Shown here: in pieces, positions 25,176 through 34,565 of the stretch | How the letters are laid out: each line of letters begins with the position of its first letter | How positions within the stretch are numbered: position 1 is the stretch's first letter | DNA from: an uncultured Eubacteriales bacterium | GTDB lineage: Bacteria > Bacillota > Clostridia > Oscillospirales > Acutalibacteraceae | Direction: 5' to 3' | Length of the DNA: 41,672 nt | Assembly (NCBI GenBank): GCA_964370405.1 | Contig: CAYJJB010000005.1 | Coordinates: 1 to 41,672 of the forward strand | Made by a program: the position numbers and the translations under genes | The notes under the pieces: generated by a model | Seen by the model: only the letters and a program-made list of their open reading frames with translations | Told to the model about the DNA's origin: nothing | The model's database searches: none

Positions 25176-26566
25176 TTACCTGCACCTCCAAATAAACTTT
25201 TTTTGCGAAGGAATTTAAATGAGGAAAGCGACTTAAGCATAAGTCTTGAAGCGCATACACCCATAATAAAGTTTGCTATAACGCCTACAAGTAGAGTGTA
25301 GCCAAATGAGTAAATAGCGCCTGTTGTAGACTCGCCAAATATGGCGGATAGAACATTTCCAGGGCCAAACACACCAATTAACATTATTGCAACTATAATA
25401 ATTGTGATATTGCCATCAACTATAGCTGAAAAACTGTTAGAGCAACCCTTGTAAATTGAACCATCAAGCGTTTTTCCACTTAAAAGTTCTTCTTTAATAC
25501 GACTTGCTGTAATGATATTTGCATCGACACCTATGCCAATAGAAAGCACCATACCTGCAATGCCTGGCAAGGTCATGGTAAAGCTATTCATAAATGGCAA
25601 ATAGCCAGAAACTGCAGCAAAGCTTAGTGCAAGTTGACCGCTTAGGCAAATTATAGCGACAAAGCCTGGAAGGCGGAACATAATTATCATAAATATAGCA
25701 ACAAGAATAAAAGCAATTATTCCTGCAAGTATCATGGCATCAAGTGCTGACAATCCAAGAATTGGGTTTACTGTACTATAGTCTGTTACATCCATTGCAA
25801 AAGGCAAGGCACCGCCTTCAATTTTAGCGGCAAGATCGGCTACTTCATCTAAGGTAAAGTTACCTGAAATGACAGCTTGTCCACCATCAATTTCACTTTG
25901 AACAGTTGCGGCAGAAAGCAGTACATCGTCCATCCAAATAGAGATTATTTGACCTACCATAGAGGCAGTCGCATCTCTAAATTTAACAGCACCCTCGTCA
26001 GAGAAAGTTAAGTTTACAACGTATTCTGACTCAGGAGATACGGAAGCCACGGCACTTACAACGTCTGAACCTTCTAAAAGTATGGTCGCTGCAGTGTCAC
26101 CTGCTGGGGTTTTGTATATTTCATTTCCATCGCTGTCATACTCTAAAGTTTCAAATTCATCACCCGGTCTAAAGGTTAAAAGAGCAGTAGCGGCAAGTTC
26201 TTCAACTGCTTCTTGAGGATTAAAGTCTGTTTCGTCACTTCTCCAAGGGAAACGAACAATTAGTCTGTTATTTGTAATATCAGTAAAAAGTTCGTAGTCT
26301 GTAATGCCAGAGCTAACCATTCTAAGCTCCATTCTCGATTTTGCCGCATCGAGTTCTTGGGCACTTGCCTGCACACCCTCAGCTGGACTAAATGTAGCCT
26401 CAACACCACCTCTTATGTCAATACCCCAGCGTATGTCGCCTGCTCCTTTTATGTAGGTTGTGACAATATCACCATTTTGGGAGTAAACTCCGAAAATTGC
26501 AGTGTATGACAGGGCTATTATTATGGCAAATACAATAAAAAACACAGCTTTTGCAGGTTTTTTCAT
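25172..26566 (-). CDS. secD: Protein translocase subunit SecD
   Basis: The track start (GTG at 26578) lies inside the RBS GGAAGGTGG. I prefer the ATG at 26566, giving MKKPAKAVFFIVFAIIIALSY. SecD-type periplasmic domain and six C-terminal transmembrane helices. Confidence 0.9.
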   Translation of the reverse strand: MKKPAKAVFFIVFAIIIALSYTAIFGVYSQNGDIVTTYIKGAGDIRWGIDIRGGVEATFSPAEGVQASAQELDAAKSRMELRMVSSGITDYELFTDITNNRLIVRFPWRSDETDFNPQEAVEELAATALLTFRPGDEFETLEYDSDGNEIYKTPAGDTAATILLEGSDVVSAVASVSPESEYVVNLTFSDEGAVKFRDATASMVGQIISIWMDDVLLSAATVQSEIDGGQAVISGNFTLDEVADLAAKIEGGALPFAMDVTDYSTVNPILGLSALDAMILAGIIAFILVAIFMIIMFRLPGFVAIICLSGQLALSFAAVSGYLPFMNSFTMTLPGIAGMVLSIGIGVDANIITASRIKEELLSGKTLDGSIYKGCSNSFSAIVDGNITIIIVAIMLIGVFGPGNVLSAIFGESTTGAIYSFGYTLLVGVIANFIMGVCASRLMLKSLSSFKFLRKKSLFGGAGK

Positions 26567-26666
26567 AAATATAACCACCTTCCTTTTAATAAAATAATAG
26601 TAGGGAGTGGCAAAAACTTTAAAAGTAAATGCTTATCCCTACGTAATTATTTATGTTTTATTTTAA

Positions 26667-28619
26667 TTATTCAGCTTCAACAGTTTCTTCTTGTGCTTCG
26701 TCAACTACTTCTTCAGAAGTTTCGATTAAAGCTCTTATTGAAAGAGAAACTCTTCTGTTTTCAAAGTCAATATCAGTGATAGCTGCATTTACAACTTCGC
26801 CTACTTTTAAAACATCGTTTGGTTTTTCAATTCTCTTATCAGAAATTTGTGATATGTGAATTAAACCGTCAATGCCTGGCATAATTCTTGCAAAAGCACC
26901 AAATGTTGTCATGCTAACAATAGTAACTTCGCAAACTGTGCCGATAGGATAGTTTGTTTTTAGGATTTCCCAAGGATTGTCCTCTGTTTTTTTATAGCCT
27001 AAAGAAATTCTTTTTGTTTCTTTATTTAGCTCTTTAATGTAAACAGAAACTGTGTCACCCACTGCAACTACTTCGCTTGGATGTTTAATTCTGCTCCATG
27101 AAAGCTCAGAAATATGAACCATGCCGTCTACAGCGCCTAAATCAACAAACGCACCAAAGCTTGTTAGTGATTTAACTGTACCTGTAAATTCTTGGCCTTC
27201 TTCAATTTCATCCCAGAATTTTTGTTGTGTTGCTTTTCTCTCTTCACGTAAAACTGAGCGGATAGAACCTACCGCACGGCGTCTTTGACGATTAACTTCA
27301 ATAATTCTAAAGCTTACTTCAGTGCCTTTTAGTTCATCAAGAGAGTCAGTTCTGTTAGCTGTTGCTTGAGATGCAGGAATGAATACTCTAATTCCTTTGT
27401 AAGCTATAATAACGCCGCCTTTTACAACTTCTGTTACTTTAGCTGTTAGAATTTCTTCACTCTCAGCAGCTTCTGCTAAATCTTCCCAACCTTTAATAGC
27501 GTCAATACGTTTTTTAGAAAGCATAATTGTGCCTTCTTGGTCGTTGGTTTTCATTATTAATAGTTCCATCTCATCGCCAATTTTCACAAGGTCTGAAGCC
27601 TTTGCATTTGGGTCTTGTGAAAGCTCTGCTATTGGAATAAAGCCTGCTTGTTTCCTTCCTACGTCCACATACACTTCGTTTGGTGATATGCCCACTACAA
27701 CGCCGCGCACCTTTTCATCTGTATTAAAGCTTTTAAGGGATTCCTCAAGCATCTCCTCAAAATTTTCTTTGTTTTCAATCATGTCTGTCATGGTAACTAG
27801 TACCTCCTTTATAATGCTTGCCGGAGTAGATGCGCCGGCAGTTATACCAATCTTTTGATTGGAACTAAGTTTTGTAAGCTCACTTGCATCTGTTATTAAA
27901 TACGTCGTGCAGTATTTTTCACACACATCTCTAAGCTTTGCGGTGTTAGAACTTTCTTTGCCGCCCACAATAATCATAACATCAGACTCTTGTGCCAAAC
28001 TTCTTGCCTCTGCCTGTCTTTCTACAGTAGCTTTACATATTGTATCAAAAGTCGAAGCATTTGTACATAGTTTTTTTAGAGTTTTTAAACATTTTTCCCA
28101 AACTGACGTATTAAATGTGGTCTGAGCGTAAATAAATATGTCTTTTTCACATAAATTAGGTTCATTTTTAAGTAAAATTTCTAATTCGACATTATCCTTA
28201 AAAACAAAGCAAGGTGTTTTGCAGTAGCCTACTATGCCAATAATTTCAGGATGACTTGAATCTCCTGCAATTAATATGGTTTTATTTTTGTTTGAAGCCT
28301 CACTTACCAAGTTGTGAATTTTTTTAACAAAAGGGCAAGTGGCATCAATATAGGGGATGTTGTTTTTTTCTATTTCGTCAATAACTTCAGGAGAAACACC
28401 GTGGGCACGAATTACAAGTTTTCCACCATTTTTAAAATCTTTCACATTTTCTATGACAGAAACACCTTTGTCCGCAAGCTCTTTAATTACTTGTGGATTA
28501 TGGGTAATAGGCCCTAGAGTATATACTTTTTCATTTTGGTTTAAGAGCGAATAAACAGTGTTAAGTGCTCTTTCAACTCCAAAGCACAGTCCTGCAGTTT
28601 TTGCCAGTTTAATACTCAT
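26667..28619 (-). CDS. ispH: Bifunctional 4-hydroxy-3-methylbut-2-enyl diphosphate reductase (IspH) / ribosomal protein S1 fusion
   Basis: 650 aa. The N-terminal roughly 280 aa is IspH-like (MSIKLAKTAGLCFGVERAL...ATCPFVKK...). It is followed by four S1 repeats (for example GTVKSLTSFGAFVDLGAVDGMVHISELS and CEVTIVSMTTFGAFARIMPGIDGLIHISQIS). Confidence 0.9.
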   Translation of the reverse strand: MSIKLAKTAGLCFGVERALNTVYSLLNQNEKVYTLGPITHNPQVIKELADKGVSVIENVKDFKNGGKLVIRAHGVSPEVIDEIEKNNIPYIDATCPFVKKIHNLVSEASNKNKTILIAGDSSHPEIIGIVGYCKTPCFVFKDNVELEILLKNEPNLCEKDIFIYAQTTFNTSVWEKCLKTLKKLCTNASTFDTICKATVERQAEARSLAQESDVMIIVGGKESSNTAKLRDVCEKYCTTYLITDASELTKLSSNQKIGITAGASTPASIIKEVLVTMTDMIENKENFEEMLEESLKSFNTDEKVRGVVVGISPNEVYVDVGRKQAGFIPIAELSQDPNAKASDLVKIGDEMELLIMKTNDQEGTIMLSKKRIDAIKGWEDLAEAAESEEILTAKVTEVVKGGVIIAYKGIRVFIPASQATANRTDSLDELKGTEVSFRIIEVNRQRRRAVGSIRSVLREERKATQQKFWDEIEEGQEFTGTVKSLTSFGAFVDLGAVDGMVHISELSWSRIKHPSEVVAVGDTVSVYIKELNKETKRISLGYKKTEDNPWEILKTNYPIGTVCEVTIVSMTTFGAFARIMPGIDGLIHISQISDKRIEKPNDVLKVGEVVNAAITDIDFENRRVSLSIRALIETSEEVVDEAQEETVEAE

Positions 28620-28620
28620 A

Positions 28621-29265
28621 TCAATTTTCCTTATTAAGTAAAGTTAACGACTCTTCTCGAAGATTTGTGATTTTGCTCATAATATATTTTGAAGCTTTTC
28701 TATAGCTGTGGCTTTTTGCCTCTTCCATATCAAGCTCTTCAATGCTTATTGGTTTTCCAATATTTATCATTACAGGCACTTTCTTTTGTGGCACTTTGCC
28801 GTCTTTAGATGTAATGCTTACAGGTAAAACAGTACAGTTTGATTTATATGCAATTGCAGAAACACCTGTTTTTGGTCGCAAAAGTTCGCCAGTTTTAGAG
28901 CGAGTACCCTCCAAAAAAATGCCAAGTGCGCCTTCGTCTTCCAAAATTTCATAGGCATGAAAAAGAGCATCTTCATCTCCTGTTCCTCTTAAAACAGGGA
29001 AAGCGCCTAGTTTTTTCAGTATAAAACTGACAAATTTGTTTTTAAACAATTCTTCCTTTGCAATAAAACTAACTTGCCTTTTACAAGCCATTCCTAAAAA
29101 AATTGGATCTGAATAGGTGACATGGTTGCTGGCGATAATTAATTTACCACTTAAAGGAACATTTTCAAAGCCCTTTACTTGGAGTTTATACTTTCTTTTG
29201 AAATACCATGGCAAAACCAGTGCACCAAATCGGTATAATAGTGGGGCTTTTCCGTAAACTTTCAT
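28621..29265 (-). CDS. plsC: 1-acyl-sn-glycerol-3-phosphate acyltransferase
   Basis: 214 aa with the HX4D motif NHVTYSDP and FLEGTRS. Confidence 0.85.
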   Translation of the reverse strand: MKVYGKAPLLYRFGALVLPWYFKRKYKLQVKGFENVPLSGKLIIASNHVTYSDPIFLGMACKRQVSFIAKEELFKNKFVSFILKKLGAFPVLRGTGDEDALFHAYEILEDEGALGIFLEGTRSKTGELLRPKTGVSAIAYKSNCTVLPVSITSKDGKVPQKKVPVMINIGKPISIEELDMEEAKSHSYRKASKYIMSKITNLREESLTLLNKEN

Positions 29266-29939
29266 TAATTTTTTTTCTCGCTTTCGCTTATTGTGTTTTT
29301 AACCATGGTATAAATTTTTTCTACCACTTCGTCAAAATTTAAATTTGTGCTGTCAAGCACTATGGCATCATCTGCCTTTTTTAAAGGGGAATTTTTTCTG
29401 TTTTCGTCGTCATAGTCCCTTTTAATAAGGTCGTTTAAAACATCTTCAAATTTTTGTGTTTTGTCAAGCTGAATATAACGTCTTTTTGCTCGCTCAGATA
29501 CATCTGCAACAAGAAAAATTTTAAGATTAGCATTTGGCAAAACAGTAATTCCAATATCTCTGCCGTCCATAACGATATTATGAGTTTTTGCAAAATCTCT
29601 TTGCAGTGTTAGTAAAAACTCTCTCACACACGAAAATGCAGCACATTTTGATGTTAGGGTAGATATATCAGGAGTTCTGATTAAATCTGTCACATCTTCT
29701 TTGTTTAAATATATGTGCTGGATAGAGTTAATTTGACATACATCAAGATGAATGTCATTAAGTGCAGTTTTCACAGCGTTTTCATCATCAGAATTTATAT
29801 TATTCCTTAAAACATAAAGTGCAATACTGCGATAAAATGCACCAGTATCCACATAAATAAAATCAAGTTTTTTTGCAACTTCCCTTGCTACACTACTCTT
29901 TCCAGCACCTGATGGGCCGTCTAATGCAACTGAAAACAT
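29265..29939 (-). CDS. cmk: Cytidylate kinase
   Basis: The track start is TTG at 29957. The ATG at 29939 has GGAG 7 nt upstream and gives MFSVALDGPSGAGKSSVAREVAKKLDFIYVDTGAFYR (P-loop). Confidence 0.9.
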   Translation of the reverse strand: MFSVALDGPSGAGKSSVAREVAKKLDFIYVDTGAFYRSIALYVLRNNINSDDENAVKTALNDIHLDVCQINSIQHIYLNKEDVTDLIRTPDISTLTSKCAAFSCVREFLLTLQRDFAKTHNIVMDGRDIGITVLPNANLKIFLVADVSERAKRRYIQLDKTQKFEDVLNDLIKRDYDDENRKNSPLKKADDAIVLDSTNLNFDEVVEKIYTMVKNTISESEKKN

Positions 29940-29962
29940 ATTTTTACTCCGTTTCAAATAAA

Positions 29963-31201
29963 TTAATTCATATCTTTTGCCGCAAGATATGCGGTGGAAA
30001 AGGCAATTTGCAAATTAAAACCACCTGTATATGCATCAACATCTATGACTTCGCCTGCAAAATAAAGGCCTTCTACAAGTTTTGATGACATAGTTTTTGG
30101 GTTAATTTCACGCACGTTTACACCACCTGATGTAATTATTGCCTCGTTTATTGGTCTAAAACCATCTATATCAACTTTTAAGTTTTTAAGCAAGCTTAAA
30201 AAACTTTTTCGCTCTGTCTTGCTTATTTCATTACATTTTTTCTTAGGGTCTATCCCACTTAATTTAATCATTACTTCTATCATGCTTTTGGGAAGCAGTT
30301 TTGAAAGTGAATTTTCAAAGTTTTTGTTTGAGTTTTCGTCAAAATCTCTCAAAATTCGCAAATCGAGCGTTTTTTCATCAAGCGCTGGTTTTAAGTCTAT
30401 AAAGACTGAGTACCTGCCTTCTTCCATATTTTTCATATGAGAGCTTGCAGAAAGTATTAAAGGTCCTGAAATTCCAAAGTGAGTAAATAAAAGCTCACCA
30501 AAGTCTTTATAGATTATCTTGTTTTTATGGTTGTCCATTACTTTAATGCTTGAATTTTTAAGGGATAAACCTTGCATTTCACTGCAAAATTCATCTTTTG
30601 AAACAAGCGCTATGAGCGAGGGTCTTAATGGTTTTATGCTGTGTCCAAATTTTTTTGCAAATTTATAACCATCTCCTGTAGAGCCTGTTGCAGTATATGA
30701 GGCGCCACCGCTTGCAATTAGCAGTTTTTTTGCACTATAAATTTTGTCATTTGTCTTTACAATAAAATCATCATCTTGCTTTTCAACATCTTTAACGGTA
30801 GATTTTATAATTTTGCCCTTATTGAGTAAAACGTAATTAATAAGTGCATCGGCAATGTCATTTGCATTGTCAGACACGGGAAAAACCCTGTTGCCTCGCT
30901 CTGTTTTTAGCGGTACACCAAGTTTTTCAAAAAAATCCATAGTATCACGTGCGGTAAATGAGTGGGCAGCAGAAAATAGAAATTTTCCGTTTGTTATAGC
31001 TGATGCAATAAATTCATCAGGTGAACAGTTATTTGTAAGATTGCACCTGCCCTTACCGGTAATTCTCAGTTTTCTTGCAGCTTTATCATTTTTATCAAGC
31101 ACTAAGACTTTTTTTCCTTTGTTTGCACAAATTCCCGCCGCCATAAGCCCTGCAGGACCTGCGCCTATTATGATGATTTCATATTCATTTATTATATTCA
31201 T
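29963..31201 (-). CDS. HI0933/BaiN-family NAD(P)/FAD-dependent oxidoreductase
   Basis: 412 aa with YEIIIIGAGPAGLMAAGICANKGKKVLVLDKNDKAARKLRITGKGRCNLTN and a C-terminal GGVNVREINPKTMSSKLVEGLYFAGEVIDVDAYTGGFNLQ. Confidence 0.8.
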   Translation of the reverse strand: MNIINEYEIIIIGAGPAGLMAAGICANKGKKVLVLDKNDKAARKLRITGKGRCNLTNNCSPDEFIASAITNGKFLFSAAHSFTARDTMDFFEKLGVPLKTERGNRVFPVSDNANDIADALINYVLLNKGKIIKSTVKDVEKQDDDFIVKTNDKIYSAKKLLIASGGASYTATGSTGDGYKFAKKFGHSIKPLRPSLIALVSKDEFCSEMQGLSLKNSSIKVMDNHKNKIIYKDFGELLFTHFGISGPLILSASSHMKNMEEGRYSVFIDLKPALDEKTLDLRILRDFDENSNKNFENSLSKLLPKSMIEVMIKLSGIDPKKKCNEISKTERKSFLSLLKNLKVDIDGFRPINEAIITSGGVNVREINPKTMSSKLVEGLYFAGEVIDVDAYTGGFNLQIAFSTAYLAAKDMN

Positions 31202-32056
31202 TTATTTTTCATATACTCCATATTCGTCCCAAATAGCTTCAAGACGATTGAGGTTTTTTGCAACCTCTGATTTTTTTTGTATTGCAACTGTAACTATAAG
31301 TGCGTTAATTAGGCTTAGTGGGCCTACTATAGAGTCCACAAAAGACACCATGTCGCTCATTGCAGTTACAACATATTTTGAATGTTCTGTAATTGGTGAA
31401 AATTTATTGTCGGTAATAGCGACAGTGTTTGCACCCTTATCATTTGCATATGCCATTGCCTTAACCGCTCTTTTTGTATAGCGTGGGTAGCTTATGCCAA
31501 TTACGGTATCACTTTTTTCAAGACGCATAAGCTGCTGTAACATATGCTCTTCACTTGTAGCGGTTAAAAGAGTTACTTTATCAAATATAAGGCTCATATA
31601 ATGTGCTAAAAATGTTGCTGGAGCAAGTGAGCTGCCTGCACCTATTATGTATATGCCACTAGAATTAACTATGGCATCAGCAGCTTTATAAAACTCTTTA
31701 GCATCTATGGTTTCTTTTGTTTTTTTAATTAAATCAATATCTTGATTTAAAGAAGCTTCCAAAAGTTCTGCTAGCTTATAATTTTCACTTGTAATCTCAA
31801 GCTTTTGAACAGAGTTTAATTTGTTTCGTGCCATGTCGTGAATTGCAAGTTGAAATTCAGAGTAACCGCTGTATCCTATTTCTGTTGCAAAGCGAACCAC
31901 AGTGGATTCACTAACGCCAACACTACTTCCAAGTCTTGCTGCAGTCATAAATGCCACTTTGTCATAATGTTCTTCAATAAAACTTGCAATAAGCTTTTGT
32001 CCTTTTGAAAAATTACCCTCGTATTTTTTTAGTCTTTCCGATAATTGTATGTTCAT
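31202..32056 (-). CDS. MurR/RpiR-family transcriptional regulator (HTH plus SIS domain)
   Basis: 284 aa. It has the HTH AARLGSSVGVSESTVVRFATEIGYSGYSEF and a SIS domain with IYIIGAGSSLAPA. Confidence 0.85.
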   Translation of the reverse strand: MNIQLSERLKKYEGNFSKGQKLIASFIEEHYDKVAFMTAARLGSSVGVSESTVVRFATEIGYSGYSEFQLAIHDMARNKLNSVQKLEITSENYKLAELLEASLNQDIDLIKKTKETIDAKEFYKAADAIVNSSGIYIIGAGSSLAPATFLAHYMSLIFDKVTLLTATSEEHMLQQLMRLEKSDTVIGISYPRYTKRAVKAMAYANDKGANTVAITDNKFSPITEHSKYVVTAMSDMVSFVDSIVGPLSLINALIVTVAIQKKSEVAKNLNRLEAIWDEYGVYEK

Positions 32057-32140
32057 TTAAATTTGCCTCTTTCTATATGGTGCGATAAATTTCATTAAAA
32101 TAAAATTCAGTTAATGAAAGTGTATATAGCTTTAGACTTC

Positions 32141-32169
32141 ATTTTATCCTTATTTTAAGTAAAAATCAA
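32141..32169 (-). promoter_or_regulatory. Candidate promoter for the rpiR-flavoprotein-cmk-plsC-ispH/rpsA operon
   Basis: Minus strand TTGATT (32169-32164), a 17-nt spacer, then TAAAAT (32146-32141). It lies just downstream of the terminator at 32211-32241. Confidence 0.4.
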
Positions 32170-32210
32170 GGCTTTTTAAGATATTTTTGAAAGAAAGAGG
32201 TTTTTTTCCG

Positions 32211-32241
32211 CCAAAAAGAGCGGAATTTAATATCCGCTCTT
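32211..32241 (-). terminator. Intrinsic terminator of the DUF5685-like/J-domain/membrane-protein operon
   Basis: Minus strand AAGAGCGGA-uauuaaau-UCCGCUCUU, followed by UUUGG (five U counting the stem's last two). It lies 22 nt after the stop at 32263. Confidence 0.65.
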
Positions 32242-32262
32242 AATTATAATTCTAATATAAAA

Positions 32263-32805
32263 TCACTTAATAAGTTTTTTTGTCAAGGGGTGAATTTTTA
32301 TATAGTACAGATTAATTACACTTTTTAAAGAATAGTCAAATAAAAACAGTACAATATTTGCTGCTAGCAGTAGAGCGTATGGGGTTAGATATCCTAAAAA
32401 TTCTATGGTCTCAAAAGGAATACCAAAGAAAAAGCTTACCAAAATAAAATCTAAAAGTACAGAAAAATTAAATATTATAAGCTTTACGAGTATCTTAAAT
32501 GGAGTGCTTTTTATTTTTTCTAAAACGGCATATAAAACTGGATAATATCCAAAAAATAGCAAATAAATTAAAAATGCTTCTTTTGAAGGAATGAGAAAAA
32601 AAGAAAGTCCAGATACAACAAAATAAGAAAGAAATCCAAAACTTACACCACATTCAAACACAACAGCAATAAGAAAACATCCAGCAATTGCTGGTATTGC
32701 TATTGTTGCAGTAGGTACTATGGAGCTTGCAAACATTGTGGCTATGCTAAGAGCACTGATAATTGCACTAAAAGTGATTTTTGCGGTAGCAGACATACTT
32801 TTCAT
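32263..32805 (-). CDS. Polytopic membrane protein of unknown function (5-6 predicted TM helices)
   Basis: The track ORF starts at 32847, inside the upstream gene. The ATG at 32805 overlaps the upstream TAA (TAATG coupling) and gives [30 protein letters not shown]. The rest of the sequence is hydrophobic throughout. Confidence 0.6.
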   Translation of the reverse strand: MKSMSATAKITFSAIISALSIATMFASSIVPTATIAIPAIAGCFLIAVVFECGVSFGFLSYFVVSGLSFFLIPSKEAFLIYLLFFGYYPVLYAVLEKIKSTPFKILVKLIIFNFSVLLDFILVSFFFGIPFETIEFLGYLTPYALLLAANIVLFLFDYSLKSVINLYYIKIHPLTKKLIK

Positions 32806-33425
32806 TAGCAACAACCTATAAGGTCGCCGCCCATACATTCGCAACAACAGTCAGCGCAAATAAGACCTTGACACATGTCGCAACCTGTGCAACCTCCTGC
32901 ACGCATATTGCCATTTGGGTTATAACCACCGTAAGCACCACTTCTTTGGCTCATAGCTTGATTGTAAGCTGTGCTGTACTCAGGGTTTCCTGGATCCATT
33001 TGGCATGCCCTTGAAAAATGATCTCTAGCTTCTTCAAGCCAACCACGTCTATAAAGGACAGAACCTTTTAAAAAGTGCCACTCTGCATTTCTTTTTTCTG
33101 ATGGTACACCATTTAGAATTTGTTCAGCATCTGCGATTCTACCTGAACGTATTAAATTTCTTACATCTGAAAAATTTGAATTTGTTGAATATCCTGAGCC
33201 ATAGGCATTTCCTTGAGAACCTGCGCTGCCCTTGTTTTTTCTTTGGGCAACAATTTCATCATACGCCTCGTTAATTTCCTTCATTTTTTCATCAGCTAAA
33301 TCTGCAAGAGGGCTGCCCGAATATTGGTCGGGGTGATATTTTTTTGCAAGTTTTCTGTACGCATCTTTAATTTGGTCATCACTTGCACTTGGGGATACAC
33401 CCAAGACTTTGTATGGATCTGTCAT
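32805..33425 (-). CDS. J-domain protein with a TPR-like middle region and a Cys-rich C-terminal tail
   Basis: 206 aa. J domain: [32 protein letters not shown] (HPD motif). It continues with a Gly/Ser/Asn-rich linker and a helical repeat ([37 protein letters not shown]). The tail [30 protein letters not shown] has 10 Cys in the last 28 residues. Confidence 0.8.
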   Translation of the reverse strand: MTDPYKVLGVSPSASDDQIKDAYRKLAKKYHPDQYSGSPLADLADEKMKEINEAYDEIVAQRKNKGSAGSQGNAYGSGYSTNSNFSDVRNLIRSGRIADAEQILNGVPSEKRNAEWHFLKGSVLYRRGWLEEARDHFSRACQMDPGNPEYSTAYNQAMSQRSGAYGGYNPNGNMRAGGCTGCDMCQGLICADCCCECMGGDLIGCC

Positions 33426-33443
33426 TTATTAAAACATTCCTTC

Positions 33444-34361
33444 CTAAATATGCTTATTGCTTTTTTTGTTTTTATTTTTTTGTCTAACGTGTAAAAATAA
33501 TATTTCTTTTTGGACCTGTCCCAGTCCTTTTTGTGCTATATTTTCCAAAATGCTTTCGTATCTTTCTAAATCTAAAAGATTTAAGGCAGATATAAACATT
33601 GAAACAGTGTAGTTTAGCGTTTCGTTACAGCGCTGTTCATAAATGACAAATTCTTCGTCACTTAAATTTTTATTTTCTATATTATAAAGCTTTAAAAATG
33701 GGTTAAAGCTGTTGCTTTTAAGGTCATCTCTTAGGTCGTCTGCTGCGTCCATAAGGTATATCCATCTGCCAAGAAAATATCCTGCCTGAGACAGAATAGT
33801 AGCCTCGCTACTGTCTTTGTCACTACTTAACTGCATAAATATTTGAGACAAAGCTTTTGCTGTGGGCTCGCAACAAGCATCAATTGAAAAATTTTCAGAT
33901 TTTTCGACAAGCGACTGCTCTTTTGAAAAGTTTTTTACAGATTCTGCCATTAAAGGGAAATCTTTTTCAGCTTTTTTTCGAGGCTTTGATAGTAAAAATT
34001 TTAAAAATCTTGCAGCAAGAGATTTAAAAAAGTTCTCATCTTCAATAGTGTCCACAAATTTGTAGTAGGACATAAGCACATTTAGTGCGGCGCCTCTTTT
34101 ATAGGCAAGCTCACCAAGAGATATATAATTGCATTTTTTTAATGGGTTAGAGGTGCATCTGCCACGCTCTACCTTAGGTGCTGCCTTGTCTAAATCAAGC
34201 GCTAACATGGTGTAAAAAGTTATATCATAGCTCAGTACAAATTTTGCACGTCTGCCATAATTTTTTTGAAGCTCTTTACAAAGAGTGCAGTACACTGCTT
34301 TGTACTCATCAAATTCTCTCATTAAAAGTTCTGCCTTATACGGGCGAACATATCCAAACAT
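33444..34361 (-). CDS. Uncharacterised helical protein, DUF5685-like by recollection, with an N-terminal 4-Cys cluster
   Basis: The track start at 34382 has no RBS. The ATG at 34361 follows AGGAAGGGCGG and gives MFGYVRPYKAELLMREFDEYKAVYCTLCKEL...RGRCTSNPLKKCNY. Also seen: an acidic DAADDLRDDL string and SFNPF. The family name comes from memory and was not searched. Confidence 0.6.
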   Translation of the reverse strand: MFGYVRPYKAELLMREFDEYKAVYCTLCKELQKNYGRRAKFVLSYDITFYTMLALDLDKAAPKVERGRCTSNPLKKCNYISLGELAYKRGAALNVLMSYYKFVDTIEDENFFKSLAARFLKFLLSKPRKKAEKDFPLMAESVKNFSKEQSLVEKSENFSIDACCEPTAKALSQIFMQLSSDKDSSEATILSQAGYFLGRWIYLMDAADDLRDDLKSNSFNPFLKLYNIENKNLSDEEFVIYEQRCNETLNYTVSMFISALNLLDLERYESILENIAQKGLGQVQKEILFLHVRQKNKNKKSNKHI

Positions 34362-34420
34362 ATAAAAACCGCCCTTCCTCATAATATATTAAACGATATC
34401 AGATTGCAGTTGTTTAACAC

Positions 34421-34449
34421 ATTGTAAACAATTTATCTATAATTTTCAA
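34421..34449 (-). promoter_or_regulatory. Candidate promoter for the DUF5685-like/J-domain operon
   Basis: Minus strand TTGAAA (34449-34444), a 17-nt spacer, then TACAAT (34426-34421). It overlaps a 7-bp inverted repeat, TTGTTTA-n8-TAAACAA. Confidence 0.5.
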
Positions 34450-34497
34450 ACTTTATCAATATTACCAAAAATATTCAATAATTTATGGTAATATATA

Positions 34498-34526
34498 TTG
34501 AAAAATTAGATATGGTGTGATAAAAT
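34498..34526 (+). promoter_or_regulatory. Sigma-A promoter for nfeD-SPFH
   Basis: TTGAAA (34498-34503), a 17-nt spacer, then TGaTAAAAT (extended -10, TAAAAT at 34521-34526). It lies 40 nt upstream of the ATG at 34566. Confidence 0.55.
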
Positions 34527-34565
34527 GTATTTATACAAATTTAGAAAAAAAGGGAGGAAAAATTT

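Noticed and set aside
26581-26666. GTAGGGA...TCCCTAC pairing between ispH/rpsA and secD as a terminator
   Set aside because: It is a 7-bp stem enclosing a 29-nt loop with a poor U-tract on the minus strand. It is not convincing as an intrinsic terminator.
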